Assembly (NCBI GenBank): GCA_947632035.1
Contig: CANRNR010000002.1
Coordinates: 1-64,000 of the forward strand
Length of the DNA stretch: 64,000 bases
Origin: an uncultured Clostridia bacterium
GTDB lineage: Bacteria; Bacillota; Clostridia; TANB77; CAG-508
Direction of reading: 5' to 3'
Shown here: positions 1 to 8,289 of the stretch, in pieces
Layout of the letters: every line of letters starts with the position of its first letter
Numbering within the stretch: position 1 is the first letter of the stretch
Made by a program: the position numbers and the translations under genes
Notes under the pieces: generated by a model
Database searches by the model: none
What the model was told of the DNA's origin: nothing
What the model saw: the letters and a program-made list of their open reading frames with translations, nothing else

Positions 1-1
1 T

Positions 2-295
2 AAAATAGAAAATAAATATAAATAATTATAAAAAATAAAATAGAAAATAAATATAAATAATTATAAAAAATAAAATAAAAAATAAATATAAATAAATTAT
101 AAAAAATAAAATAAAAAAATAAATATAAATAAATTATAAAAAATAAAATAAAAAATAAATATAAATAAATTATAAAAAATAAAATAGAAAATAAATATAA
201 ATAAATTATAAAAATAAAATAGAAAATAAATATAAATAAATTATAAAAATAAAATAAAAAAATAGATATAAATAAATTATAAAAAATAAATATAT
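2..295. repeat. Tandem direct repeat array, ~8 copies of a 35-37 bp AT-rich unit (AAAATAGAAAATAAATATAAATAA(A)TTATAAAAAAT)
   Basis: Direct reading: unit recurs head-to-tail with single-base variants (G/A at unit pos 7, 1-2 nt length variation). No interspersed unique spacers. Confidence 0.85.
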
Positions 296-797
296 AAAAG
301 AATAATCATAAGTAAAAGTAAAAAATATAACAAAAAAATAACACTTGCAATGGTAAAAAATAGAATGTGGAATAAACATAAAACAGACATACAAGATAAA
401 AAAATATGTTGTCAAAAAAACAAATAATAAAAAATATTATATTCATAATAGGAACAAGAAAGTTTAATAGTAAAATTTCAAAAATGTAAAAATAACTTAG
501 CTAACAAATAAAAAATATGTAAAGAAATTTAAATTTTAAAAAATAATATGCAAAAAAATGCTGAGGAATAGTGCATTACGAGAGAATTATAAAAGAACAA
601 AACAAAATCAAGCAAAGAATACATAAAAAGTTACAAAAAGGATATGCAAAGATATAAACTAGCAATATTTTGAAAGCAGAATGAAATTCAAAAATGAAAT
701 TGCTAAATAGACAAATATTGAATCAAGGTGTTACATATTTTGATTTTAGATATGAATGGTTAGTGTACTAAAAAATTTGAAAGCATATTATAAGAAA

Positions 798-1091
798 TTA
801 TTTAGATAATTTTTTTGAATATAAAAATATTTTGTTACTTTTTAAATATTTTATTAAATAAATAAAAATATATAAAATATTTTCATGATTAAAACCAATT
901 AAACTAAATATTAAAATTGGAAAATAAAAAATAATAAAAATAAATATTTTTAAATTTATATTTTTAAAAAATAAATTAATAAAGCAAAAAATAAAGCATG
1001 CTAAAAAAATATTAAAAAATAAAGTTGAATAATCAATAATACCAAATAATTTATTTTTAAAATGATAATTTTGTGGAAAAATAAATTTCAT
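798..1091 (-). CDS. small hydrophobic membrane protein, hypothetical (possibly part of conjugation module)
   Basis: 97-aa ORF with 2-3 predicted TM stretches, co-oriented with downstream-pointing T4SS-like genes. Extremely AT-rich, so could be spurious. Confidence 0.25.
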   Translation of the reverse strand: MKFIFPQNYHFKNKLFGIIDYSTLFFNIFLACFIFCFINLFFKNINLKIFIFIIFYFPILIFSLIGFNHENILYIFIYLIKYLKSNKIFLYSKKLSK

Positions 1092-1152
1092 AAAAACTCC
1101 TATAATAATTTTATAGATAATAATTAATAATTAATAATTTTATTTTTATATA

Positions 1153-2037
1153 TTAATTATTTTTTAATTTAGATATTCCCATTTGAAAATTAGATGAAAC
1201 GTCGGTAGATATTCCTCCAATTAATGATCTCATATATTGATTAGCATATATTAAAGAATAGATTCCACCTATATACATTAATTTGGACAAAATATTTTGA
1301 GATGAAAAATCAAAAGAAAAAATAATTAATAAAATAATTGCTATAAAAGATTGTTGTAATAATAAAGATAAAGTAATTCTAAACCAGGATTTAAAAAGCC
1401 ACGAAGTAGAATTATTAATTAAACTTAATATTGCAAATGGTGTTAAGAAAATAAATACTTTTACAATAACAAATCTAAGCGAATATGAAAAAATTAAGTT
1501 AAATAAACTAATAGAAATAAAACTTTTAATTATTCCATCAAAAGAGAAAATATTAAAATCTGTCTTTCCAACAGAAATTATACTATTTAATTTATTAATT
1601 AATTCAGAGAAAGAAATCTCATGACCAATAATTGTAGACCCAATATTTCTAATACTTTGTGAGATAATAGAATTTAATTCTAAAAATTGTTTGCAAATAA
1701 AATAAGAACAATTCATAATTATTCCAAAAATAATTAATTTAAAAATAAATTGATAAGGTCTTTCTATTTGTAAATTGAGGTAATAAGAATATATTAACCT
1801 AATGCCATAATATAAAGAAAATCCAAATAATAATGAATTAGCTAGCAATAATATACCATTAGAGGCATTTGTTCCAAATAATTTTTCTAATAAAGGTTGA
1901 TTTAAAATGTCAGGTCCAATAAAAGTTAATTCATCTAATATTTGATAAACATTATTATCAATAGAAGAAAATAATGTTTGAAAAATTTCGTTTATTGTTT
2001 GTATTATGGTGTTAGTAAGTGATATGTTTTCTTCCAA
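1153..2037 (-). CDS. polytopic membrane protein, VirB6/TrbL-like conjugal transfer protein candidate
   Basis: 294 aa with multiple hydrophobic helices across the length. Sits immediately downstream of a pilin-like small protein and a coupling-protein ATPase in the same orientation. Confidence 0.4.
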   Translation of the reverse strand: MEENISLTNTIIQTINEIFQTLFSSIDNNVYQILDELTFIGPDILNQPLLEKLFGTNASNGILLLANSLLFGFSLYYGIRLIYSYYLNLQIERPYQFIFKLIIFGIIMNCSYFICKQFLELNSIISQSIRNIGSTIIGHEISFSELINKLNSIISVGKTDFNIFSFDGIIKSFISISLFNLIFSYSLRFVIVKVFIFLTPFAILSLINNSTSWLFKSWFRITLSLLLQQSFIAIILLIIFSFDFSSQNILSKLMYIGGIYSLIYANQYMRSLIGGISTDVSSNFQMGISKLKNN

Positions 2038-2048
2038 TACAATACCTC

Positions 2049-2402
2049 CTATTTTAATAATGTTTGTATTGCTGATAATACTAAATCAAGAATGAGTATA
2101 AATGCATAAGAAAATAAACTGCCTCTAATTAGTTTTTTTGCGGTTCTAATTCTTTCTTCATCACCAAAACTAAATTTTTTCATAAATATTCCAACAGCTA
2201 CTGCAACTGCAGCGGCAGGAGTAGATAATTTTAGCATCCAACTTTCGATTTTTTCAAAAGCAGAGTTTAATTTATCTACAACTTCTGGAGCGCCATCAAA
2301 AAAACTGGCTTGTACGAAAGTAGGGATAATTAATAATATAAATAAAATAAATATAGTTTTAAAAATTGCTTTAATATTGAAATTTTTTTTATAAATAAAC
2401 AT
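2049..2402 (-). CDS. small membrane protein, VirB2/TrbC pilin-like candidate
   Basis: 117 aa. N-terminal signal/TM, central Ala/Val-rich hydrophobic helix (STPAAAVAVAVGIF), C-terminal TM. Size and topology typical of T4SS pilin-like subunits. Confidence 0.35.
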   Translation of the reverse strand: MFIYKKNFNIKAIFKTIFILFILLIIPTFVQASFFDGAPEVVDKLNSAFEKIESWMLKLSTPAAAVAVAVGIFMKKFSFGDEERIRTAKKLIRGSLFSYAFILILDLVLSAIQTLLK

Positions 2403-2535
2403 ATAAGTCCTCCTTAAAAATAATTTTAAAATATAAAAATTGATAGCTAATAAAAAACAAAGAATAAAAAATAAGTGAAAAAAATAAAAAATAAATAATA
2501 AGTATAATTAATAAAAAATAGATAATAAATAATAA

Positions 2536-4338
2536 TTATTTAAAATATGGAAATAAATTAATTTTTTTTGGGGGTATTATTTTAGAACCATCAGATAAAA
2601 AAGCTAAACAAGTAAAATTTTGAAGCTCTTGGGAGAAAAAATTAGTATCAAAAATAAAATCAGAATGTACATATGTACTAATCGTTTCAGAAATACTTGA
2701 ATTTTTAGAATTTAAAGAGTTTGTAAAATAACTAAAAACTGTTTCTTTTGCATTTTCAGAAATTCCCTTTGAGATTTTTTCTTTATCTTCTTTACCGATT
2801 TGTTTCTGAGCAGTTTCTATTGTAAAAATGTCATCATTTCTAAACCATAATTTATTTATTAGATTTTGAATAATAACTTTAACTGCAGATTCATCATGGA
2901 GTGTATTTAATAATGAAGTATAACTTTGTGTTGCAACAATATTTATGCATTTAGCTTCTCTACTTTGAGAAAAAAAGTTAGCATCTGTTGCTGTGCAATA
3001 TTCTGAATATTCATCTGAAATAAAGCAAACTGGTCTAATGTCTATAGTTTCATATTTAGATAGTCTTATCATAACTTCAGTTTGAAAATCTAATTTTAGA
3101 TATGTAGCAATGATTCTAGATAAATTGGTGTATTCATTTATATTCATATTTAATACTACAATTTTTCCTTTAGTTAATACTTCCTCGAAGCCATAAAAAT
3201 TAAGTTCATCTTTTTTGGGATTAAATGTTCTTAATACATCATAGTCGGAAACAAAGCAATTAGTTATACGCGTTATTTCAGATTTTAATATTGATAGAGT
3301 TCTATTATCTAAACTTAAAAATTCTTTTTCAAAAAAGGTTATAGCTGAAAGTAAATCATAAATTTGATTATCATTAAATTCATTTTTTAAAAACTTTTCA
3401 CGTAATAAATTTATTTTTTCTAAATAATAATTTGGAATGTTTACAAGCTTATGTAATTCTTCAAATGTAACATAATTTTCATTGTATAGTCTACAAAGTT
3501 TTATACATTCTTCTAAAACTTGAGCTGCTTTATCTATCCAGTATGATTCAGAATTATTTTTTGAAAATAATAACAAAATTGTTTTTAAACGTTCAGCTAA
3601 AATTGATGCTTTTAAATGTGGTTTATCTAATGGGTTATATTTAAATTTACCTTTTAATTCAATGACTATAACATCATTTTTACGATTAAATTCATTTGAA
3701 AATTCTAATACTTTCTTATAATAATTGCCTTTTACATCTAAAATTAACATTCCTAATTTTTCATTTGGATTATTGTGTTCATATTTTATTAATTGCTTTG
3801 TAAATGGATACATAGCACTACTTGTTTTTCCCGTTCCGATAGTTCCTGTAATTAAAATATTTTGGTATAGACTTTTTTCCGGTAAGTAAATTTTTTCTTC
3901 GGATTTTTCTATTTTGCCAACTAAAAGCTGTAAAGGAGCAGAGATAGTATTTGAATCTATAAAAGAATATTTAGAATTAGTTTGATTAGAGATTAATGAA
4001 ATTTTTGATGAATTTTTAAATTTATTTTTTAAAATATTATAAAATTTAAAAAGATCATTTGGCTTTTTAATTGCTTTATTTATATTATTAGATATGTTTT
4101 TATTTTTCTTATTTTTTAGTATATTATTTAACAATTTAGAAATTAAATTATAAAACATATTAAAAATAAAAACAGAAGAGTATAAAGTTGTTATACAAAA
4201 CCACATTTTACAATATTTCCAAATAATAGGTTGCTCTATGCAAATATTAAAAGGATGAAGACCATAATTTACAATAACTTCATTTGAAATATAAAGTGGA
4301 GAAAAAATTTTATAGAATGTAAAACAATAAATAAGCAC
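2536..4338 (-). CDS. type IV secretion coupling protein (VirD4/TraG/TraD family ATPase)
   Basis: 600 aa. N-terminal TM helices, then Walker A GTIGTGKTSS and a downstream MLILDVKGNY motif resembling the TraG/VirD4 vviDPKGE box. Walker B-like DEYSEY acidic stretch. Confidence 0.6.
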   Translation of the reverse strand: MLIYCFTFYKIFSPLYISNEVIVNYGLHPFNICIEQPIIWKYCKMWFCITTLYSSVFIFNMFYNLISKLLNNILKNKKNKNISNNINKAIKKPNDLFKFYNILKNKFKNSSKISLISNQTNSKYSFIDSNTISAPLQLLVGKIEKSEEKIYLPEKSLYQNILITGTIGTGKTSSAMYPFTKQLIKYEHNNPNEKLGMLILDVKGNYYKKVLEFSNEFNRKNDVIVIELKGKFKYNPLDKPHLKASILAERLKTILLLFSKNNSESYWIDKAAQVLEECIKLCRLYNENYVTFEELHKLVNIPNYYLEKINLLREKFLKNEFNDNQIYDLLSAITFFEKEFLSLDNRTLSILKSEITRITNCFVSDYDVLRTFNPKKDELNFYGFEEVLTKGKIVVLNMNINEYTNLSRIIATYLKLDFQTEVMIRLSKYETIDIRPVCFISDEYSEYCTATDANFFSQSREAKCINIVATQSYTSLLNTLHDESAVKVIIQNLINKLWFRNDDIFTIETAQKQIGKEDKEKISKGISENAKETVFSYFTNSLNSKNSSISETISTYVHSDFIFDTNFFSQELQNFTCLAFLSDGSKIIPPKKINLFPYFK

Positions 4339-4654
4339 AAAAAATAAAGTGGATAATAAGCGTTTAATTAATAGAACACCTCCTATTTAGAGAAATAATT
4401 TTTTAATTTTAATTTGGAACCTTGTAGATTATGAAAAATTTTAATATCAAAGAAAGTATAAATTGAATAAAAAAATATAAATGAATTTATAATAAGGAGA
4501 ATAAAGAAATAATCCAATAATTCGATATAAAAATCACCTCTTTCCATTTTTTACCATAATACATCAAAATTTTAAATTTGTCTATACTTTTTTGAAAATT
4601 TATGGTAAAATCATATAATAATTATAGAAATTGAAATTTAGAAAGGAGATCATC

Positions 4655-4840
4655 ATGGATATAAAGAAAGATATGACAATAGGAGAATTATTAGAAAAAG
4701 CTCCAGAAAAGGCTGATATTTTATTAGAAGCTGGTATGCATTGTTTAGGTTGTCCTGCTTCACAAGCAGAAACAATTGAAGAAGCATGTGAAGTTCATGG
4801 AATTGATGTAGATGAAATAATAGAAAAATTAAATGCATAA
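4655..4840 (+). CDS. DUF1858 domain protein (hybrid-cluster-protein-associated redox disulfide protein)
   Basis: MDIKKDMTIGELLEKAPEKADILLEAGMHCLGCPASQAETIEEACEVHGID matches the DUF1858 CxxC family. RBS AGGAGA 6 nt upstream of ATG 4655; the 4631 ATG is less likely. Confidence 0.75.
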   Translation: MDIKKDMTIGELLEKAPEKADILLEAGMHCLGCPASQAETIEEACEVHGIDVDEIIEKLNA

Positions 4841-4923
4841 ATTAGAAAAGGCTATCAAAGGTTAGGAAATTTATTTGAAATGTAGAAAAAATTCATAAAA
4901 AATTCACAAAATGATAAAAAAAG

Positions 4924-4958
4924 GTTGACAAAAATAAAAAAATAGTTTAAAATAAAGC
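4924..4958 (+). promoter_or_regulatory. sigma-A type promoter for tRNA operon (TTGACA-17-TAAAAT)
   Basis: TTGACA at 4924, 17-nt spacer, TAAAAT, ~40 nt upstream of first tRNA. Confidence 0.45.
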
Positions 4959-4998
4959 TTGTGTTAGCTCAGAAATGGGTGTGGCAAGCTTTAGACTT

Positions 4999-5074
4999 GG
5001 GTCATTAGCTCAGGTGGTAGAGCACTTGACTTTTAATCAAGTTGTCCGCGGTTCGAGTCCGCGATGGCTCACCA
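4999..5074 (+). tRNA. tRNA-Lys (anticodon UUU)
   Basis: GGGTCATTAGCTCAGGTGGTAGAGCACTTGACTTTTAATCAAG...GGCTCACCA: cloverleaf with 7-bp acceptor stem, anticodon loop CTTTTAA, encoded CCA. Confidence 0.9.
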
Positions 5075-5127
5075 AACTAGGATTTAAACTTTAAAATTTA
5101 AATCCTAGAATAAACTTTTTAATTTAT

Positions 5128-5202
5128 GGCCCCGTGGTCAAGCGGTTAAGACATCGCCCTTTCACGGCGGAGACATGGGTTCGATTCCCGTCGGGGTCAC
5201 CA
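5128..5202 (+). tRNA. tRNA-Glu (anticodon UUC)
   Basis: GGCCCCGTGGTCAAGCGGTTAAGACATCGCCCTTTCACGGCGG...GGGGTCACCA, anticodon loop CTTTCAC, encoded CCA. Confidence 0.9.
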
Positions 5203-5206
5203 AAAT

Positions 5207-5518
5207 GCCACTTTAGCTCAGCTGGTAGAGCAACTGACTTGTGGGATAGATAAAACTATGGTTTTATTTTGAACTATCTTGCACCTTTACATAGAAATAT
5301 GTAAAGTGGATACCGCTAATTCGGGGAAAGCTTTAAAATGCTAATCCCGAGCTAGAAAACAATTCGTTTTCGAGTGTAGAGACTTTATACGGTATACCTA
5401 AGGTAAAAAATACTAAGGTAAAGAGAAAGTCCAGACTACAAACACATAAAATGTGGTAATGAAAGTTATAGTAGTATGAATCAGTAGGTCATCTGTTCGA
5501 ATCAGATAAGTGGCTCCA
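5207..5518 (+). tRNA. tRNA-Thr (anticodon UGU) interrupted by a group I intron; exons 5207-5242 and 5479-5518
   Basis: Exon 1 GCCACTTTAGCTCAGCTGGTAGAGCAACTGACTTGT and exon 2 AATCAGTAGGTCATCTGTTCGAATCAGATAAGTGGCTCCA join to a canonical 76-nt tRNA. This is near-identical to Bacillus tRNA-Thr(UGU) through ...GCAACTGACTTGTAATCAGTAGGT.... Acceptor GCCACTT/AAGTGGC, T-arm ATCTG-TTCGAAT-CAGAT. Confidence 0.85.
5243..5478 (+). ncRNA. group I self-splicing intron (IC3-like, tRNA-anticodon-loop type), ~236 nt
   Basis: Inserted after anticodon position 36 (U), intron ends in G (omegaG). Core elements resemble the Azoarcus/Agrobacterium tRNA introns: AAUUCGGGGAAAGC (P4 region), GUGUAGAGACU (P7 5' strand), ACCUAAGG, and GACUA downstream. 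Confidence 0.75.
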
Positions 5519-5754
5519 ATAAACGCTTCTTAACTTGTTTTATAACTTGTTATGAGGTGTTTTTTTTGCTTAAAAATAAGTGCCTTTTACAAAGTATATC
5601 TTATTTATATAAAATTAATAAAAATATTCTGAAAATTTTGACATTTGTAGTTATTTTTATGATATAATACAAATAAATTAGCACAAATGTTTCGTATTAT
5701 TAATTGAAAGGAGGACTAATTCAATTATCTAAATAATTGAATTATAAATAAATT

Positions 5755-6144
5755 TTGTATTGTTTAAATTGTAAAAAATTGATTAGTAATAAGAAAAAAT
5801 TTTGTAATAATATATGCCAAAAAGAATTTGAATATAAAAATTATATAAATAGATGGAAAAATAATCAAACAAATGGGATTAGAGGAGATTATCAAATTTC
5901 TTTACATATAAAGAGATATTTAATGGAAAAATATAATTATAAATGTAGTAGATGCGGATGGGGAGAAAAAAATATATATACAAATAAAATTCCATTAGAA
6001 GTAGAACATATAGATGGAGATTATACTAATAATAATGAAGAAAACTTAATATTATTATGTCCAAATTGCCATTCACTTACAAGTACATATAAAGGAGCAA
6101 ATAGAAATTATGGAAGAAAACAAAGAAAAAAATATTCAAAGTAA
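5755..6144 (+). CDS. HNH endonuclease (free-standing, zinc-ribbon + HNH)
   Basis: C-terminal EVEHIDGDYTNNNEENLILLCPNCHS is a canonical HNH motif; N-terminal CxxC...CxxxC zinc ribbon. The 5755 start is TTG with no nearby RBS. An internal ATG (MEKYNYKCSRCGW) with AAGAGA RBS would give a 73-aa HNH-only product. The 3' end overlaps the next gene by 35 nt. Confidence 0.6.
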   Translation: MYCLNCKKLISNKKKFCNNICQKEFEYKNYINRWKNNQTNGIRGDYQISLHIKRYLMEKYNYKCSRCGWGEKNIYTNKIPLEVEHIDGDYTNNNEENLILLCPNCHSLTSTYKGANRNYGRKQRKKYSK

Positions 6145-6865
6145 AGTAGTAATTGTTACAGGTGGTTCTAGAGGTATAGGAGCTCAAATTGTTAAAACAT
6201 TAGCAAAAGAAAATTATAAAATTATTCTAAATTATAATAAGTCAGAACAAAAGGCAAAACAAATACAAGAAGAGCTAAAAAATGATGGAAAAGAAATTGA
6301 AATTTTTAAAGCTGATGTTTCAAAAAGGGAAGATGCTAAAAGCCTAATAGAATTTACTTTGCAAAAGTACGGAACTATTGATGTGTTAATAAATAATGCG
6401 GGAATTTCACAATCAAAATTGTTTACAGATATAACAGATGAAGATTGGAACAATATGATAAATATAAATTTAAATTCAGCTTTTTATTGCACACAAGAGG
6501 TTTTAAAAACTATGATAAATAATAAAGATGGTTTAATTATAAACATATCTTCTATTTGGGGGTTAACTGGTTCTTCTTGTGAAGTAGCGTATTCTGTAGC
6601 AAAATCTGCTTTAAATGGAATGACTAAAGCATTAGCAAAAGAACTAGGATTGTCAAATATAAGAGTTAATGCTATTGCACCAGGAATTATAGATACGGAT
6701 ATGAATTCATATTTAACAAATGAAGAAATAGAAAAAGTGAAAGAAGAAATACCATTAAATAAGATAGGAAAAACAGATGACATTGCAAGGTGTGTAAAAT
6801 GGTTAATTGAAGATGAATATACAACTGGACAGATTATTTCTATTAATGGCGGTTGGTATATTTAA
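6110..6865 (+). CDS. SDR family oxidoreductase, 3-oxoacyl-ACP reductase (FabG)-like
   Basis: VVIVTGGSRGIG Rossmann motif, NNAG, catalytic YxxxK (YSVAKSAL), PG motif (APGIIDTDM). Confidence 0.8.
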   Translation: MEENKEKNIQSKVVIVTGGSRGIGAQIVKTLAKENYKIILNYNKSEQKAKQIQEELKNDGKEIEIFKADVSKREDAKSLIEFTLQKYGTIDVLINNAGISQSKLFTDITDEDWNNMININLNSAFYCTQEVLKTMINNKDGLIINISSIWGLTGSSCEVAYSVAKSALNGMTKALAKELGLSNIRVNAIAPGIIDTDMNSYLTNEEIEKVKEEIPLNKIGKTDDIARCVKWLIEDEYTTGQIISINGGWYI

Positions 6866-6885
6866 AGGTAATCTTATATATAAAA

Positions 6886-6921
6886 AATAAAAATTCCAGT
6901 AATTTTTTATTGGAATTTTTA
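6886..6921. terminator. rho-independent terminator hairpin (bidirectional)
   Basis: AAAAATTCCAGTAATTTTTTATTGGAATTTTT: stem AATTCCA/TGGAATT flanked by A and T runs. Confidence 0.6.
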
Positions 6922-6981
6922 TAATTATTATTAGCTATTTTTATAAATCAAGATATAATAATGTAAAGAGAAATTACATTA

Positions 6982-7440
6982 TTATTCTGATATTTTTCTT
7001 TTATAGTTTCCAGAAATTAATTTTGGAATATAAGTAATAATCTTATATACTGCTAAACGAATCTTCTTACTCCAAATATAAGATTTTCTTAATTTTCTAG
7101 GTGTAGCAACAGAAGTTTCATCTACTGCAACTAATGAAAGTTCTACTTTTTCAATTGGGAATATATAGTTAGAACCACCATTGTTATCCCATTGATTCTT
7201 TTCATTTCTAAAACAGAAATTAAATGTTTCTCCTTCAAGTAAGTTAACTTCAGTTTGAAAACCTAATTCTGTTTTTTCCATTTTAATTTCATTTACATTA
7301 TCCCAATTAAGACCAAATCCATAATGAAGATAAACTTCTTCTGAATTGTCTTGAAATAAATTACCTGTATAAGATATTTTTACAGTTGTATTTTCAACTA
7401 ACTTATCAGTATTAAAAAAAATATTCTTTACTAATTCCAT
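6982..7440 (-). CDS. hypothetical protein, possible starch-binding CBM (CBM25/26-like) domain
   Basis: 152 aa; NEKNQWDNNGGSNYIF resembles W..DNNG.NY signatures of starch-binding modules. Weak assignment. Confidence 0.35.
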   Translation of the reverse strand: MELVKNIFFNTDKLVENTTVKISYTGNLFQDNSEEVYLHYGFGLNWDNVNEIKMEKTELGFQTEVNLLEGETFNFCFRNEKNQWDNNGGSNYIFPIEKVELSLVAVDETSVATPRKLRKSYIWSKKIRLAVYKIITYIPKLISGNYKRKISE

Positions 7441-7529
7441 TTAAATTCTCCTTATTTTTTTATCTCTTGTTCTCTATTTTGATATTATAATATTAAAAAA
7501 AATATAATTCAAGTGTTTTTGACAAAATT

Positions 7530-8102
7530 TTAATTTGTTCCGACAATTTTTCCAACAATATAGAAATCATCTTTAGGATTTAAGCAAATATCCTCAACAT
7601 TTTTATCTTCTGCCCTTAGAACCACACCATCTTTACGAATAATGAATCTACGTATTAACAATTTGTTTTTATAAGAAAATAGTCCTAAGTCTCTATTATC
7701 TAAAGGTGCATTAAATTCAACATAAGCATAAGATCCTTCTTTTAATTTTGGTTCCATTGTATTATCAGTAATTTTTACTGCAATAGATGCTCCTGGGATT
7801 GTAGGAGGGCAATCAATTAAAGAACCTAATGAATCAAAAGTAGGAATTTTATCATAAGGAATATGTTCTTCTATTTTATAAGAGTGATGTTCTTCTGTAA
7901 GTTCTTTATCATATGTATGCATTAAAGGACGGTAAGGAATGCCCATAGTTTTACACATATTTCTTAAAACTTTATGACTAGGATTTCTTTCACCTTTTTC
8001 AATATGAGTTAAATGACCTGTATTTATATTAGTTCCTCTAGCAATTTCTGCCTTTGTTAGCTTTTTTTGCTTACGAATATAAGCAATCATTTCACCTATC
8101 AT
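7530..8102 (-). CDS. XRE-family HTH + S24 (LexA/cI-like) peptidase-domain repressor
   Basis: N-terminal HTH (IRKQKKLTKAEIARGTNINTGHLTHIEKGER), C-terminal S24 fold. The S24 catalytic motif reads TDNTMEP where GDSM is expected (Ser replaced by Thr). Start reassigned to ATG 8102 (MIGEMIAY), 7 nt after an AGAGGAG RBS. Confidence 0.7.
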   Translation of the reverse strand: MIGEMIAYIRKQKKLTKAEIARGTNINTGHLTHIEKGERNPSHKVLRNMCKTMGIPYRPLMHTYDKELTEEHHSYKIEEHIPYDKIPTFDSLGSLIDCPPTIPGASIAVKITDNTMEPKLKEGSYAYVEFNAPLDNRDLGLFSYKNKLLIRRFIIRKDGVVLRAEDKNVEDICLNPKDDFYIVGKIVGTN

Positions 8103-8289
8103 AATGATACTCCTCTTCATTTAAACTTATTTTCAAAATTATTATATATAAAAATAAAAAACTTGTCTAGATAAAATAACAAAAAAAGATAAATTATAAT
8201 AAAATACAACTTTTTTTTATTGTAAAACTTACATATTTGTGGTAATATTATTTCATACAAAAGTATATATTTTATTTAAGAGGTAAAGT

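Noticed and set aside
1-295. Tandem repeats considered as a CRISPR array
   Set aside because: Units abut directly with no unique spacers, the repeats are degenerate and not palindromic, and there are no cas genes; this is an iteron-like or minisatellite repeat.
206-415. 69-aa ORF within the tandem repeat region
   Set aside because: Translation of the AT-rich repeat (poly Phe/Ile/Tyr); no start context.
4653-4838. 61-aa minus-strand ORF overlapping the DUF1858 gene
   Set aside because: Antisense to a well-supported conserved small protein with RBS.
4958-4998. tRNA-like fragment (GCTTGTGTTAGCTCAGAAATGGGTGTGGCAAGC) just upstream of tRNA-Lys
   Set aside because: Only a D-arm-like TAGCTCAG motif inside a simple hairpin; no acceptor, anticodon or T arms. 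Probably a leader stem-loop or degenerate remnant, not a tRNA.
5207-5518. Interrupted tRNA-like gene considered as tmRNA (ssrA) or a tRNA pseudogene
   Set aside because: The two halves give a perfect 76-nt tRNA-Thr with no tag-peptide ORF or tmRNA pseudoknots. The insert has group I core motifs and correct U/G splice-site residues.
6232-6783. Minus-strand ORFs inside the SDR gene
   Set aside because: Antisense to a CDS with clear SDR motifs.
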